Notes: a model not told the origin generated them from the letters alone. DNA of 64,000 nt from Candidatus Latescibacterota bacterium (GCA_965207885.1 OZ242311.1:800001-864000); one strand, 5' to 3'. Shown: positions 38,215-47,065, counted from the first letter of the stretch. Translations and numbers: made by a program.

Positions 38215-38304
38215 GACGCGCTCGGACAGGACGATAAATAGCACAACCTGCGTAAACGCTATGAGCGGAGGTGAATTTTACACTCAGGAACTTGAAGTAA
38301 AACA

Positions 38305-38383
38305 AAAGGCCGTAAGTATTGCTCATCTACAGCAAAAACTTACGGCCTGAAAAAATGAAATTGCCCGACTGATGCACTCACTG
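38305..38383 (+). repeat. att-like direct repeat, copy 2
   Basis: AAAGGCCGTAAGT...ACTTACGGCCT, then TTGCCCGACTGATGCACTCACTG (38361-38383). Confidence 0.75.
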
Positions 38384-38451
38384 GGTCAAGTCCACATAGA
38401 ACCATATTCAAAGAGGCCATTCCCTTTGGGAATTTTTCAAGGAGGTTTGCT

Positions 38452-40248
38452 ATGATATTGCGCTTTGCACTCGCTGTTTTGTGCTGTGGTGCGGTGCTTG
38501 CAGTAGCTCCGGCGAATGCCGATTTGCAACTGCCCTACAAGGCAGAGGGGCTGAGTAAGGAACAGGCGGCAGCGTATCTCTTAGAGCGTTTTGCCTTTGG
38601 CGCGCGCCCAGGTGAAGTGGAAAAAGTGGCGCAGATGGGTCTCGAGAAGTGGCTGGCTCAGCAGTTGGCAGGCAATTTGCCCGATGCCGAGTTGGACAAG
38701 CGATTGGAAGCGTTTCCAGCGTTGAAACTGACGCCAGCTGAAATGCAGGCAATCTATGTGCGAAATGGTCTGGTTCAAAGTATGATGGAGAAAGAGGGAT
38801 TGATCGATCCCGCCGCAAAGACGCCTCGCAAAGAGATGAATGAAAAGATAAGCGCGTACCGCAAGGAGCACGGGTTGCGGTCCTATGGCACGCTTGCCAG
38901 TCGAGAGCTTCGGGGGCAGAAAGTGATGCGTGCGGTGTATAGCGAGAATCAGCTCGTCGAGGTGATGACGGATTTCTGGTTCAATCACTTCAATGTGACC
39001 ACGAGTGATGGTGCGGTGCGCAATCGCACGCTTTCTTATGAGCGCGATGCGATTCGCCCCAATGTGCTGGGCAAGTTCCGCGTGATTCTGGGTGCGACGG
39101 CGAAGCATCCGGCGATGTTGTATTATCTGGACAATGCACAGTCACGTATGGCGTCGCCATCGAAACGGGAGCAGGCAAAGCCCAAACAGGGGGTGGCATC
39201 GAGCGAGATCGGTATGGATGGCGATATGGACGGTGGTATGATGAGCAGCGAGATGATGGGTGGTGAGATGGCAAAGGCTGTTGCGGAGCCAAAGACACCT
39301 CCAAAACGCAAGTATGGTTTGAATGAGAATTATGCGCGCGAGTTGATGGAGTTACACACCCTGGGCGTGGATGGTGGGTACACGCAGCAGGATGTTACCG
39401 AGGTTGCACGCGTGTTGACCGGATGGGCTGCGATGCCTTATAACAATTCGAAAAATGTGCGAAAAAATCTCGAGAAGCAAATCGCAACTGGAAAGAAAAA
39501 AGTCATTCGTCAGGGCGAATTTTTATTTCACAAAGACTGGCACGACGACAAGGCCAAGGTGGTGTTGGGTGAGAAGTTCCCGGCAGGTGGTGGTATAGAA
39601 GAGGGCGAGCGCGTTCTGGATATGCTGTCCAAACATCCTTCAACTGCGCGTTTTATTTCGACCAAGTTAGCGCGTCGGTTTGTAAACGATGAACCGTCAG
39701 ATGATCTGATTGATGAGATGGCAGAAACCTTTATCAAAACCGATGGGGATATCGCTGCTGTGGTGGCTACTCTGGCGCAGTCCCGCGTGTTTTGGGTAGA
39801 GGCGAAGAAGCGCAGCAAGATGAAGTCGCCGTTTGAACTGGTGGCGAGTTCTCTTCGCGCATTGGAAGCCGATGTGAAGAATGCACAACCGCTGATGCGC
39901 TGGTTTGACCGCATGGGCGAGCCGTTGTATGGTTATTTGCAGCCTACGGGTTATCCGGATTATGCCGAGTCGTGGGCAAATTCGGGTACGCTGATTGCGC
40001 GAATAAATTTTGGTATTCATCTCGCCACTGGTCGTATTAACGGGGTGACACTGAAGCAATTGCCAAAGGATAGCGCTGGTCTGACAACAGATGAGGCATT
40101 GGCGATGTATAGCAAGTTGCTGTTGCCAGCACAGGATACCAGTGCCATTGCGTCAGAGGTTAAAAAGACGGTTCCTGCAGATGCCGAACGCAAAGACGTT
40201 CAGGTGATCAGTATGTTGATAGGGTCGCCAGAATTTCAATACCGATGA
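38452..40248 (+). CDS. DUF1800 family secreted protein
   Basis: Signal peptide; QLVEVMTDFWFNHFNV, PAMLYYLDN, NENYARELMELHTLG, YTQQDV.E.AR..TGW, SPEFQ. Confidence 0.9.
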   Translation: MILRFALAVLCCGAVLAVAPANADLQLPYKAEGLSKEQAAAYLLERFAFGARPGEVEKVAQMGLEKWLAQQLAGNLPDAELDKRLEAFPALKLTPAEMQAIYVRNGLVQSMMEKEGLIDPAAKTPRKEMNEKISAYRKEHGLRSYGTLASRELRGQKVMRAVYSENQLVEVMTDFWFNHFNVTTSDGAVRNRTLSYERDAIRPNVLGKFRVILGATAKHPAMLYYLDNAQSRMASPSKREQAKPKQGVASSEIGMDGDMDGGMMSSEMMGGEMAKAVAEPKTPPKRKYGLNENYARELMELHTLGVDGGYTQQDVTEVARVLTGWAAMPYNNSKNVRKNLEKQIATGKKKVIRQGEFLFHKDWHDDKAKVVLGEKFPAGGGIEEGERVLDMLSKHPSTARFISTKLARRFVNDEPSDDLIDEMAETFIKTDGDIAAVVATLAQSRVFWVEAKKRSKMKSPFELVASSLRALEADVKNAQPLMRWFDRMGEPLYGYLQPTGYPDYAESWANSGTLIARINFGIHLATGRINGVTLKQLPKDSAGLTTDEALAMYSKLLLPAQDTSAIASEVKKTVPADAERKDVQVISMLIGSPEFQYR

Positions 40249-40390
40249 AAGGTGTTGAAGCGACATGGAAATCTTTGTAGCAGTACAATTACCCCCAGTG
40301 GTTTCGATTGGGATCTGGACACACTGGGAGCTTCAGTGTTTCATGTGAGTTTGTGTGGCGCATTCGCGTTGATAAATAAGGAGAAAAAAT

Positions 40391-41224
40391 ATGGTACCCT
40401 CACCTACTGCATGGGATGATTACCGTTTTGATCTTCAGGGATTTCTCGTTCTGAAGGATGTTGTTTCTCCAGATCTGATTGCAGAGATTAATGAGACGGT
40501 CGATCACTGGGTTGCTTTACACGAGGCCGGACACAAATGGATCGGCCATGTTCGCGGTAGTGATCCCGACCCCGTAAAGGGTCCCGATATCAAGTTTGCC
40601 AATATTCTTGAGGGTGGGCCAGCTTTTGAAGCGTTGATTGACAATCCCAACTGGATTGAGTATGTCAAGCGCTATGTCGATAATGATGGGTTGTACATCT
40701 GGTCTAACCATTTATCTGTTACTCGGAAAGGCAGCTATGTACCTGTGCATTCCGGCGGGCATAATCGAAGTTATCGCACCAGCTTTATTTATCACAATGA
40801 CAATTTTTATTCTGGCAATTTCAATGTTTTACTCGCGCTGAACGATATTGGTCCAGGGGATGGCGGTACTATGATTGTGCCCGGGTCACATAAATGTAAT
40901 CTTCAAAGTCCCCTGATTAAGGCGAAGAATGGGCAATATAAGAATGTGGTTGAGCAGACAGAAATGACGCCCTTATTTAAAGAAATGCATCTCGATGCAG
41001 GCGACGCTGTTATTTTTACCGATGCCTGTACTCACGGTGCCAGTGTGCGCACCAATGATGGCGAGCGCAGGATACTGATCTATCGGTATTCTTCATTCTG
41101 GACGAAAAATGCTTCAGGTTTTGAACCGTCAGAAGAACTGCTCGCCAGGCTTACACCCGAGCGCAGAAAAATTGTCCGTCCTATTGTGTCGATAAGACCT
41201 CCTGCTCAATCTGTGATGGCATGA
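40391..41224 (+). CDS. Fe(II)/2-oxoglutarate dioxygenase, PhyH family (HxG motif)
   Basis: FDLQGFLVL, ALNDIGPGDGGTMIVPGSHK, AGDAVIF..ACTHG, ERR; proximal motif VHSG. Confidence 0.88.
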   Translation: MVPSPTAWDDYRFDLQGFLVLKDVVSPDLIAEINETVDHWVALHEAGHKWIGHVRGSDPDPVKGPDIKFANILEGGPAFEALIDNPNWIEYVKRYVDNDGLYIWSNHLSVTRKGSYVPVHSGGHNRSYRTSFIYHNDNFYSGNFNVLLALNDIGPGDGGTMIVPGSHKCNLQSPLIKAKNGQYKNVVEQTEMTPLFKEMHLDAGDAVIFTDACTHGASVRTNDGERRILIYRYSSFWTKNASGFEPSEELLARLTPERRKIVRPIVSIRPPAQSVMA

Positions 41225-41237
41225 TTTTTTAGGGGAT

Positions 41238-42083
41238 ATGACTATGACACCTATGCCTGATAAATGGGATGACTATTGTTTTGATCTTGCAGGTTTCCTC
41301 ATTTTGGAGAATGTTGTTCCCTTAGAACGCATTGCCGAGATCAACGAGAAAGTCGATGAATGGCTTGCGCTAAGTGATGCGGGAAAGGAATGGATAGGGA
41401 ATGTCCATGCGAGGCGCAGTAAAAATACTGACAGTTGCAATGTGAATTTCAGGAATGTTATAGAAGGTGGCTCGTGCTTTGAAGCGCTGATCGACAACCC
41501 CAACTGGATCGAATTTGTCAAGCGGTATGTCGATAACCACGGTTTGCATATCTGGATGAATTTCCTTCCGATCATCCGCCAGGGAAACCATGCGAGGTTG
41601 CGTTCTGGGGGGCACAACAAGAGGTATCGAACCAGCTTTATTTATCACGACAATAACTTTTTCTGTGGCAATTTGAATATTTTTCTCGCACTCAACGATA
41701 TTGGCCCTGGAGATGGTGGGGTTCTCATTGTTCCCGGATCCCATAAGTCCAATCTTCCGAATCCATTGATGCACCAGAACGGGAAAGACGAAAAGGGTGA
41801 CACGCTTGAACCAGATGAGATGGCCCCTTTCCTTAAGGAAGTGCATCTCAAGGCGGGAGATGCGATTCTGTTTACAGATGCGCTTATTCACGGCACCAGT
41901 ATGAGGACCAATGAAGGGGAGCGCCGCGCATTGATTTATCGCTATTCGTCTTTTTGGACCCGAGATCGTTTTGGGTATGAATATTCCGATGAATTGGTGG
42001 CGAGATTAACACCCGCCCAAAAAAGAATTATTCGTCCTATTGAGCCATCAAAACCACCGGTTATGCAAAGGAGGTCCTTATGA
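41238..42083 (+). CDS. PhyH family paralog (proximal His replaced by Arg)
   Basis: Collinear with the upstream paralog; LRSG at the position of VHSG; distal ALIHG retained. Confidence 0.88.
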   Translation: MTMTPMPDKWDDYCFDLAGFLILENVVPLERIAEINEKVDEWLALSDAGKEWIGNVHARRSKNTDSCNVNFRNVIEGGSCFEALIDNPNWIEFVKRYVDNHGLHIWMNFLPIIRQGNHARLRSGGHNKRYRTSFIYHDNNFFCGNLNIFLALNDIGPGDGGVLIVPGSHKSNLPNPLMHQNGKDEKGDTLEPDEMAPFLKEVHLKAGDAILFTDALIHGTSMRTNEGERRALIYRYSSFWTRDRFGYEYSDELVARLTPAQKRIIRPIEPSKPPVMQRRSL

Positions 42084-43483
42084 CATCGCCAAATATCGTC
42101 TTCATTCTCATATCGGACATGGGATGGCGCGATGTTGGCTTTCTGGGTTGTAAGACGCATGAAACGCCGAATATTGATCGCCTTGCTCACGGTGGCATGA
42201 TTTTTCCGCAGACGTATTCTTGTGGGCCTAATTGCGCGCCTTCCCGTGCCAGTATTATGTCGGGCATGTACACACCTCGCCATGAGATCTATACACCTGG
42301 TGGTGCATCTAAAGGCGATGTTCGTCTGATGAAATTGATAACGCCTGCTCGCGATGCCGATTTAGAACGCTTTCCTTCTAAATATCCAATAGCCCTCAAG
42401 CCCGATGTCACTTGCATACCGCAAGTGCTCAAATCTGCGGGATATACTTGTGGTTCTATCGGCAAATGGCAACTTGGTAATGATCCTGAAGCGGGACCCA
42501 TTTCTAAAGGCTTTGATCACAATGTCGGTGGTCACCAGAGAATGGGGCGCCATTTTAGCCCTTATAAAAATCCTGCTATGCGCGATGGTCCTGAAGGTGA
42601 GTATCTCACAGATCGGCTCACCGACGAAGCGGTTCAATTCATTCAAGACAATCGGGATGGCCCTTTTTTTCTTTATCTCGCCCACTGGGCACTGCATGCC
42701 CCCATTTTAGCCAAAGCTGATAAAATTGCCGCCTACGAGAAAGCCGGGCATCCCAACCCGCCTTATGGGGCTATGGTTGAAAGTGTTGATGAAAGCGTGG
42801 GTCGCGTGATGCAAACGCTCGACGATCTCGATCTTGCAGACAATACTCTTGTCATCTTTTCAGTAGATCATGGCGGCATAACCAAATACACCAATATGGA
42901 TCCGTTACGCGGTGGCAAAGGCGCGCTTTACGAAGGCGGTATCCGCGTATCTACCTGCATGCGTTGGTCCAGTGTCATTCCTGCGGACACAACATGCGAT
43001 GTACCGATCTACGGTATCGACTTTATGCCTACCCTAACTGAAGTCACCTCTGGTACACTTCCTGAGCACCAACCTGTTGATGGTGAAAGTCTGGTTCCTC
43101 TCTTTTCTGGCGCAACATCCCTTAAACGCGATACCCTGTACTGGCACTTCCCTCTGTATCTCGGAGGATCTGATTGCCAAAATATCACGCCCTTGCGGGG
43201 TGGTCGCGCGGGTCGAGGTACGGGTTGGCGTACTGTGCCTTCGGGAGCTATCCGCAAGGGTGATTGGAAACTGATTGAGCAGTTTGATACCGGTAGTGTG
43301 GAACTTTACAATATTGCAGACGACATCGGGGAGCAAAATGATCTTGCCACTGATCATCCCGAAAAGGCCGCTGAACTTTTGAAGGCTCTCAAAAATTGGC
43401 AATGCGATACAAAAGCCATTATCCCCAACGAACCCAATCCGTATTATGATCCCTACTACGAACGCACTGTTGCTCAACAATGA
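42080..43483 (+). CDS. Formylglycine-type sulfatase (S1), non-canonical residues
   Basis: PNIVFI, TPNID, CAPSRASIMSG, KGALYEGGIRV, ELYNIADDIGE. Confidence 0.9.
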   Translation: MTSPNIVFILISDMGWRDVGFLGCKTHETPNIDRLAHGGMIFPQTYSCGPNCAPSRASIMSGMYTPRHEIYTPGGASKGDVRLMKLITPARDADLERFPSKYPIALKPDVTCIPQVLKSAGYTCGSIGKWQLGNDPEAGPISKGFDHNVGGHQRMGRHFSPYKNPAMRDGPEGEYLTDRLTDEAVQFIQDNRDGPFFLYLAHWALHAPILAKADKIAAYEKAGHPNPPYGAMVESVDESVGRVMQTLDDLDLADNTLVIFSVDHGGITKYTNMDPLRGGKGALYEGGIRVSTCMRWSSVIPADTTCDVPIYGIDFMPTLTEVTSGTLPEHQPVDGESLVPLFSGATSLKRDTLYWHFPLYLGGSDCQNITPLRGGRAGRGTGWRTVPSGAIRKGDWKLIEQFDTGSVELYNIADDIGEQNDLATDHPEKAAELLKALKNWQCDTKAIIPNEPNPYYDPYYERTVAQQ

Positions 43484-43734
43484 AAGAGATTAAGGAGTTC
43501 TATGTGAAAAAGCCCAATATTTTTGATTATTAACTCAAGTAGTGACGTAAAAGATTGCAAAATGTCCATGTAGGATTTATTAGAAATTGTGCCGATGTCG
43601 TGTAGATCTTCCCCAACCAGCAGGCCTGTGAACGACTAAAAATTCCCATCTTTTACCTCCTTTGTATGGGAATTAGCTGGCTGCTTGCTACAAGCAGCAG
43701 CCAGCACAAAATAAAAGGGATGGAGGAGTAAAAC

Positions 43735-43944
43735 ATGAACCAGCCATTACTTATTGAACCCGAGACTGTAGTAGTGGACCGTAGCCCTACGCCAATTCCT
43801 CGCCCAACGATACTTACTATTTATTATCGCACCTCAGATGGTGCATTGTCTGCTGTAGCGTTCGGATTGTCCACGCATCAGGCAGATAAACTGGAGTCGG
43901 ATTTACGCCTAAAGAGGGGGGAAGCACCAACATCAGGAACATGA
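43735..43944 (+). CDS. Small hypothetical protein (69 aa)
   Basis: GGAGG RBS upstream; no recognisable motif. Confidence 0.4.
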   Translation: MNQPLLIEPETVVVDRSPTPIPRPTILTIYYRTSDGALSAVAFGLSTHQADKLESDLRLKRGEAPTSGT

Positions 43945-44058
43945 AGATAAACATCCTTTTAGCTGGCATTTCTAATGTCAACCTTGCTGTTCACCTATTT
44001 GGACTTGGCCCGCTTTGGTGTATAACATTATAGATCACCCATCACTTATGAAAAACTG

Positions 44059-44117
44059 CATCAATCACAGGCTTGATACACAAGCCCTAAACTCTCCACC
44101 GAAGCGAGGTAACTCCA
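44059..44117. repeat. 59-bp inverted repeat, left copy (IS3-like end)
   Basis: 54/59 identical (hand count) to the reverse complement of 46814-46872. Confidence 0.8.
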
Positions 44118-44196
44118 ACTCCACCATCGGGTTTGGCGACTTTCTGCTTTGAGCTATTTCCATTAAGATAGTCTGCTTATAAATAAGGAAAAACCA

Positions 44197-46785
44197 ATGC
44201 GAAAACAGACTCTGTTTATTCTGTCAACACTCGCTCTTTTGATGTATCCGCTGTTTCTTTCGGCACAGAATAACTTTTCCATTTCGTTGGATGTAAATAG
44301 TGCGGCGAGCAATCAATCCGTTACTCCAGACTTTGATGGCAATGGTATTGTTGATTTTGCCGATTTTTTGGCGCTTGCAGGTCTGTTTGGTTCACGTCAG
44401 GGCGATGGGAGGTATGAAGCGAAGTATGATCTGGACAGCGATGGCGCAATTGGATTTTCCGATTTTCTGATCTTTAGTGCCAGCTTTGGCAAAGAGGTAT
44501 CTCCCCCTGATGGTACAACGCAGGTTGCCATTCCAGATGCGAGCCTGCGTGCGGTCATTGCAGACAGTCTCGGCAAAGCGAGCGATGCGCCAATCACTCA
44601 GGCAGAGATGGCGACCTTAACTCACCTTTATGCACAGAACAAGAATATTCGCGATCTGACCGGGCTTGAGTTTGCAATTAACCTGACAGAGTTGGACCTT
44701 GGTGCAGAGTTCGTGGGAGGGGAGTGGGTGAACAGCAACGAGATATCCAACCTTTCACCGCTATCTAATTTAACCCATCTGCAATTGCTGACTCTTGACA
44801 ACAACAGCATATCGGATGTGACGCCACTATCTAACTTAACCAGCCTGGAAAGGCTGAGGCTTCTTAGCAACAGCATATCGAATGTGACACCCCTATCTAA
44901 TTTGATCAGTCTGGAAGTGCTGAGGCTTTCCAGAAATAGCATATCGAATGTGGCACCCCTATCTAACTTGACCAATCTAAGAACCCTATCTCTTTCCGAC
45001 AACAGCATATCGGATGTGACGCCGTTATCTAATTTGACCAATCTAAGAGTGCTGATTCTTGACAACAACAGCATATCGGATGTGGTGCCGCTATCTAACT
45101 TAACCAGCCTGCTATTGCTGATTCTTGACAACAACAGCATATCGGATGTGACATCTCTATCTACACTGACTAACCTGACAACGCTGTGGCTTTCCAACAA
45201 CAGCATATCGGATGTGACGCCGTTATCTAATTTGATCGGCTTGGAAGAGTTGGATCTTGACAACAACAGCATCTCAGACCTCGCGCCGCTGGTGGCAAAC
45301 ACGGGATTGGGTAGTGGAGATGAGGTTGAGGTGGAGAACAACCCCTTGAGTGCCATATCAATCAACACACACATCCCAGCCCTTCAGAGCAGAGGAGTTA
45401 GTGTACTCTATACCCGTAGTGGCGGTAGTGGTGGTGGCAGTACAACGGACGTTTTCATTCCGGATGCAAGCCTGTATGCGGTCATTGCGAACAGTCTCGG
45501 CAAGGCGTTCGGTGCGCCAATCACGCAGGCAGAGATGGCGACCTTAACCCGCCTTGATGCCTCGAACCTGAATATTCGCGATCTGACCGGACTTGAGTTT
45601 GCAATTAACCTGACAGAGTTGGTCCTCGGTGGAAACGAAGGGAGATTGGGGGAGGTAAACATCAATGAGCTATTCAACAACCTTTCGCTATACTTGACCA
45701 ATCTAATAGAACTATGGATTAACTTTTCCTTCAACTTTTCCGTCAACAGCATATCGGATGTGACGCCACTATCTAACTTGACCAGGTTAAGAGTCCTGGA
45801 TCTTTCCTATAACAGCATATCGGATTTGGCACCGCTATCTAACTTGACCAATCTGGAAGTGCTGGATCTTTCCGGCACAAGCATATCGAATGTGACACCG
45901 CTATCTAACTTGACCAGGCTAAGAGTTCTGTCTCTTTCCGACAACAGCATATCGAACGTGACACCACTATCTAACTTGACCAATCTGGAAGTGCTGGATC
46001 TTTCCGGCACAAGCATATCGAATGTGACACCGCTATCTAACTTGACCAGGCTAAGGACCCTGGATCTTTCCGAAACCAGCATATCGAATATGTCTGCACT
46101 GTCAGGATTAACCAGTCTGGAAGTGCTGGATCTTTCCGGCACAAGCATATCGAATGTGACACCACTATCTAACTTGACCAGGCTAAGAGTTCTGTCTCTT
46201 TCCGACAACAGCATATCAAATGTGACGCCGCTTGTGACGCTTCTATCTAACTTGAATAACCTGGTAATGCTGGATCTTTCTGACAACGGCATATCGGATG
46301 TGACATCGCTATCGAACTTGACCAATCTAAGATGGCTGGATCTTTCCGACAATAGCATATCGGATATGACGCCGCTATCGAACTTGACCCGCCTGGAATG
46401 GCTGTCTCTTTCCGACAACAGCATATCGAATGTGACATCGCTATCGAACTTAATCAACCTGAAAGGGTTGGAACTTAACGACAACAGCATCTCAGACCTC
46501 GCGCCACTGGTGGCAAACACGGGATTGGGTGAAGGAGATTGGGTCGAAGTAAGGAATAACCCCTTAAGTGCCACATCAATCAACACGCATATTCCAGCCC
46601 TTGAGAGCAGAGGGGTTAATGTGGATTTTAGCGCATCGAAGCCTACGGTGAATAACAAAGAACTGAGAATGCCCCTCCGGATGATAGAACCGTTAGGGAT
46701 GGAAAAATGGAAGGTGGGCGATTATATTTATAAACCGTTGGGCTTTTTCTATAATTTGAGAAAAGGTCGCTTGAATGATTTTTGA
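44197..46785 (+). CDS. Secreted protein: dockerin-like EF-hand pair plus two internalin-like 22-aa LRR modules
   Basis: Signal peptide, DFDGNG/DLDSDG EF-hands, duplicated cap IPDASL.AVIA.SLGK, repeats L.L..NSISDVTPLSNLT.L, duplicated end LAPLVANTGLG.GD. Confidence 0.9.
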   Translation: MRKQTLFILSTLALLMYPLFLSAQNNFSISLDVNSAASNQSVTPDFDGNGIVDFADFLALAGLFGSRQGDGRYEAKYDLDSDGAIGFSDFLIFSASFGKEVSPPDGTTQVAIPDASLRAVIADSLGKASDAPITQAEMATLTHLYAQNKNIRDLTGLEFAINLTELDLGAEFVGGEWVNSNEISNLSPLSNLTHLQLLTLDNNSISDVTPLSNLTSLERLRLLSNSISNVTPLSNLISLEVLRLSRNSISNVAPLSNLTNLRTLSLSDNSISDVTPLSNLTNLRVLILDNNSISDVVPLSNLTSLLLLILDNNSISDVTSLSTLTNLTTLWLSNNSISDVTPLSNLIGLEELDLDNNSISDLAPLVANTGLGSGDEVEVENNPLSAISINTHIPALQSRGVSVLYTRSGGSGGGSTTDVFIPDASLYAVIANSLGKAFGAPITQAEMATLTRLDASNLNIRDLTGLEFAINLTELVLGGNEGRLGEVNINELFNNLSLYLTNLIELWINFSFNFSVNSISDVTPLSNLTRLRVLDLSYNSISDLAPLSNLTNLEVLDLSGTSISNVTPLSNLTRLRVLSLSDNSISNVTPLSNLTNLEVLDLSGTSISNVTPLSNLTRLRTLDLSETSISNMSALSGLTSLEVLDLSGTSISNVTPLSNLTRLRVLSLSDNSISNVTPLVTLLSNLNNLVMLDLSDNGISDVTSLSNLTNLRWLDLSDNSISDMTPLSNLTRLEWLSLSDNSISNVTSLSNLINLKGLELNDNSISDLAPLVANTGLGEGDWVEVRNNPLSATSINTHIPALESRGVNVDFSASKPTVNNKELRMPLRMIEPLGMEKWKVGDYIYKPLGFFYNLRKGRLNDF

Positions 46786-46813
46786 CACCTCGATTTTCGC
46801 ACTACCGAGAAAC

Positions 46814-46872
46814 TGGAGTTGCCCCGCTTCGGTGGAGAGTTTAGGGCTTGGGTTTCAAGCCTGTGTTTGATG
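46814..46872. repeat. 59-bp inverted repeat, right copy (IS3-like end)
   Basis: Begins TGGAGTTGCCCCGCTTCGGTGGAGAG; partner at 44059-44117. Confidence 0.8.
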
Positions 46873-46945
46873 TTTGGAGTTGACCAATCTCAATAGCCTC
46901 TACCAAATTCCTAATGTTATTGTTTGTAGCTATTCGAGTACAACC

Positions 46946-46979
46946 AAAAGCCCGTCAATCATCACCGATTGACGGGCTT
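46946..46979 (-). terminator. Terminator-like hairpin following the tRNA-like remnant
   Basis: AAGCCCGTCAATC-atcacc-GATTGACGGGCTT with a U-tract on the minus strand. Confidence 0.65.
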
Positions 46980-46989
46980 GATTATTTTT

Positions 46990-47033
46990 TTGCCCAACTG
47001 GGATTCGAACCTCGATTCTACGGTCCAAAACTG
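46990..47033 (-). pseudogene. Degenerate 3' half of a tRNA-like sequence (possibly Gln-TTG)
   Basis: Minus strand CAG-TTTTGGA-CCGTAGAAT-CGAGG-TTCGAAT-CCCAG-TTGGGCAA: T-loop and 3' acceptor arm present, T-stem mismatched, no 5' half. Confidence 0.5.
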
Positions 47034-47065
47034 ATTGATCCTGGTATATTGTATATAATTCCAAA

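Larger units (their letters stand above)
31270..47040. mobile_element. Mosaic accessory island (no intact integrase or transposase)
   Basis: AT-rich left edge, repeated att-like cores (32242, 38361, 46990), recombinase-like remnant, IS-like ends, gene stubs and accessory cargo between core genes. Confidence 0.6.

Noticed and set aside
44628-46658. CRISPR-like periodicity and antisense ORFs within the LRR gene
   Set aside because: The 66-nt period is the coding LRR unit; no unique spacers or cas genes
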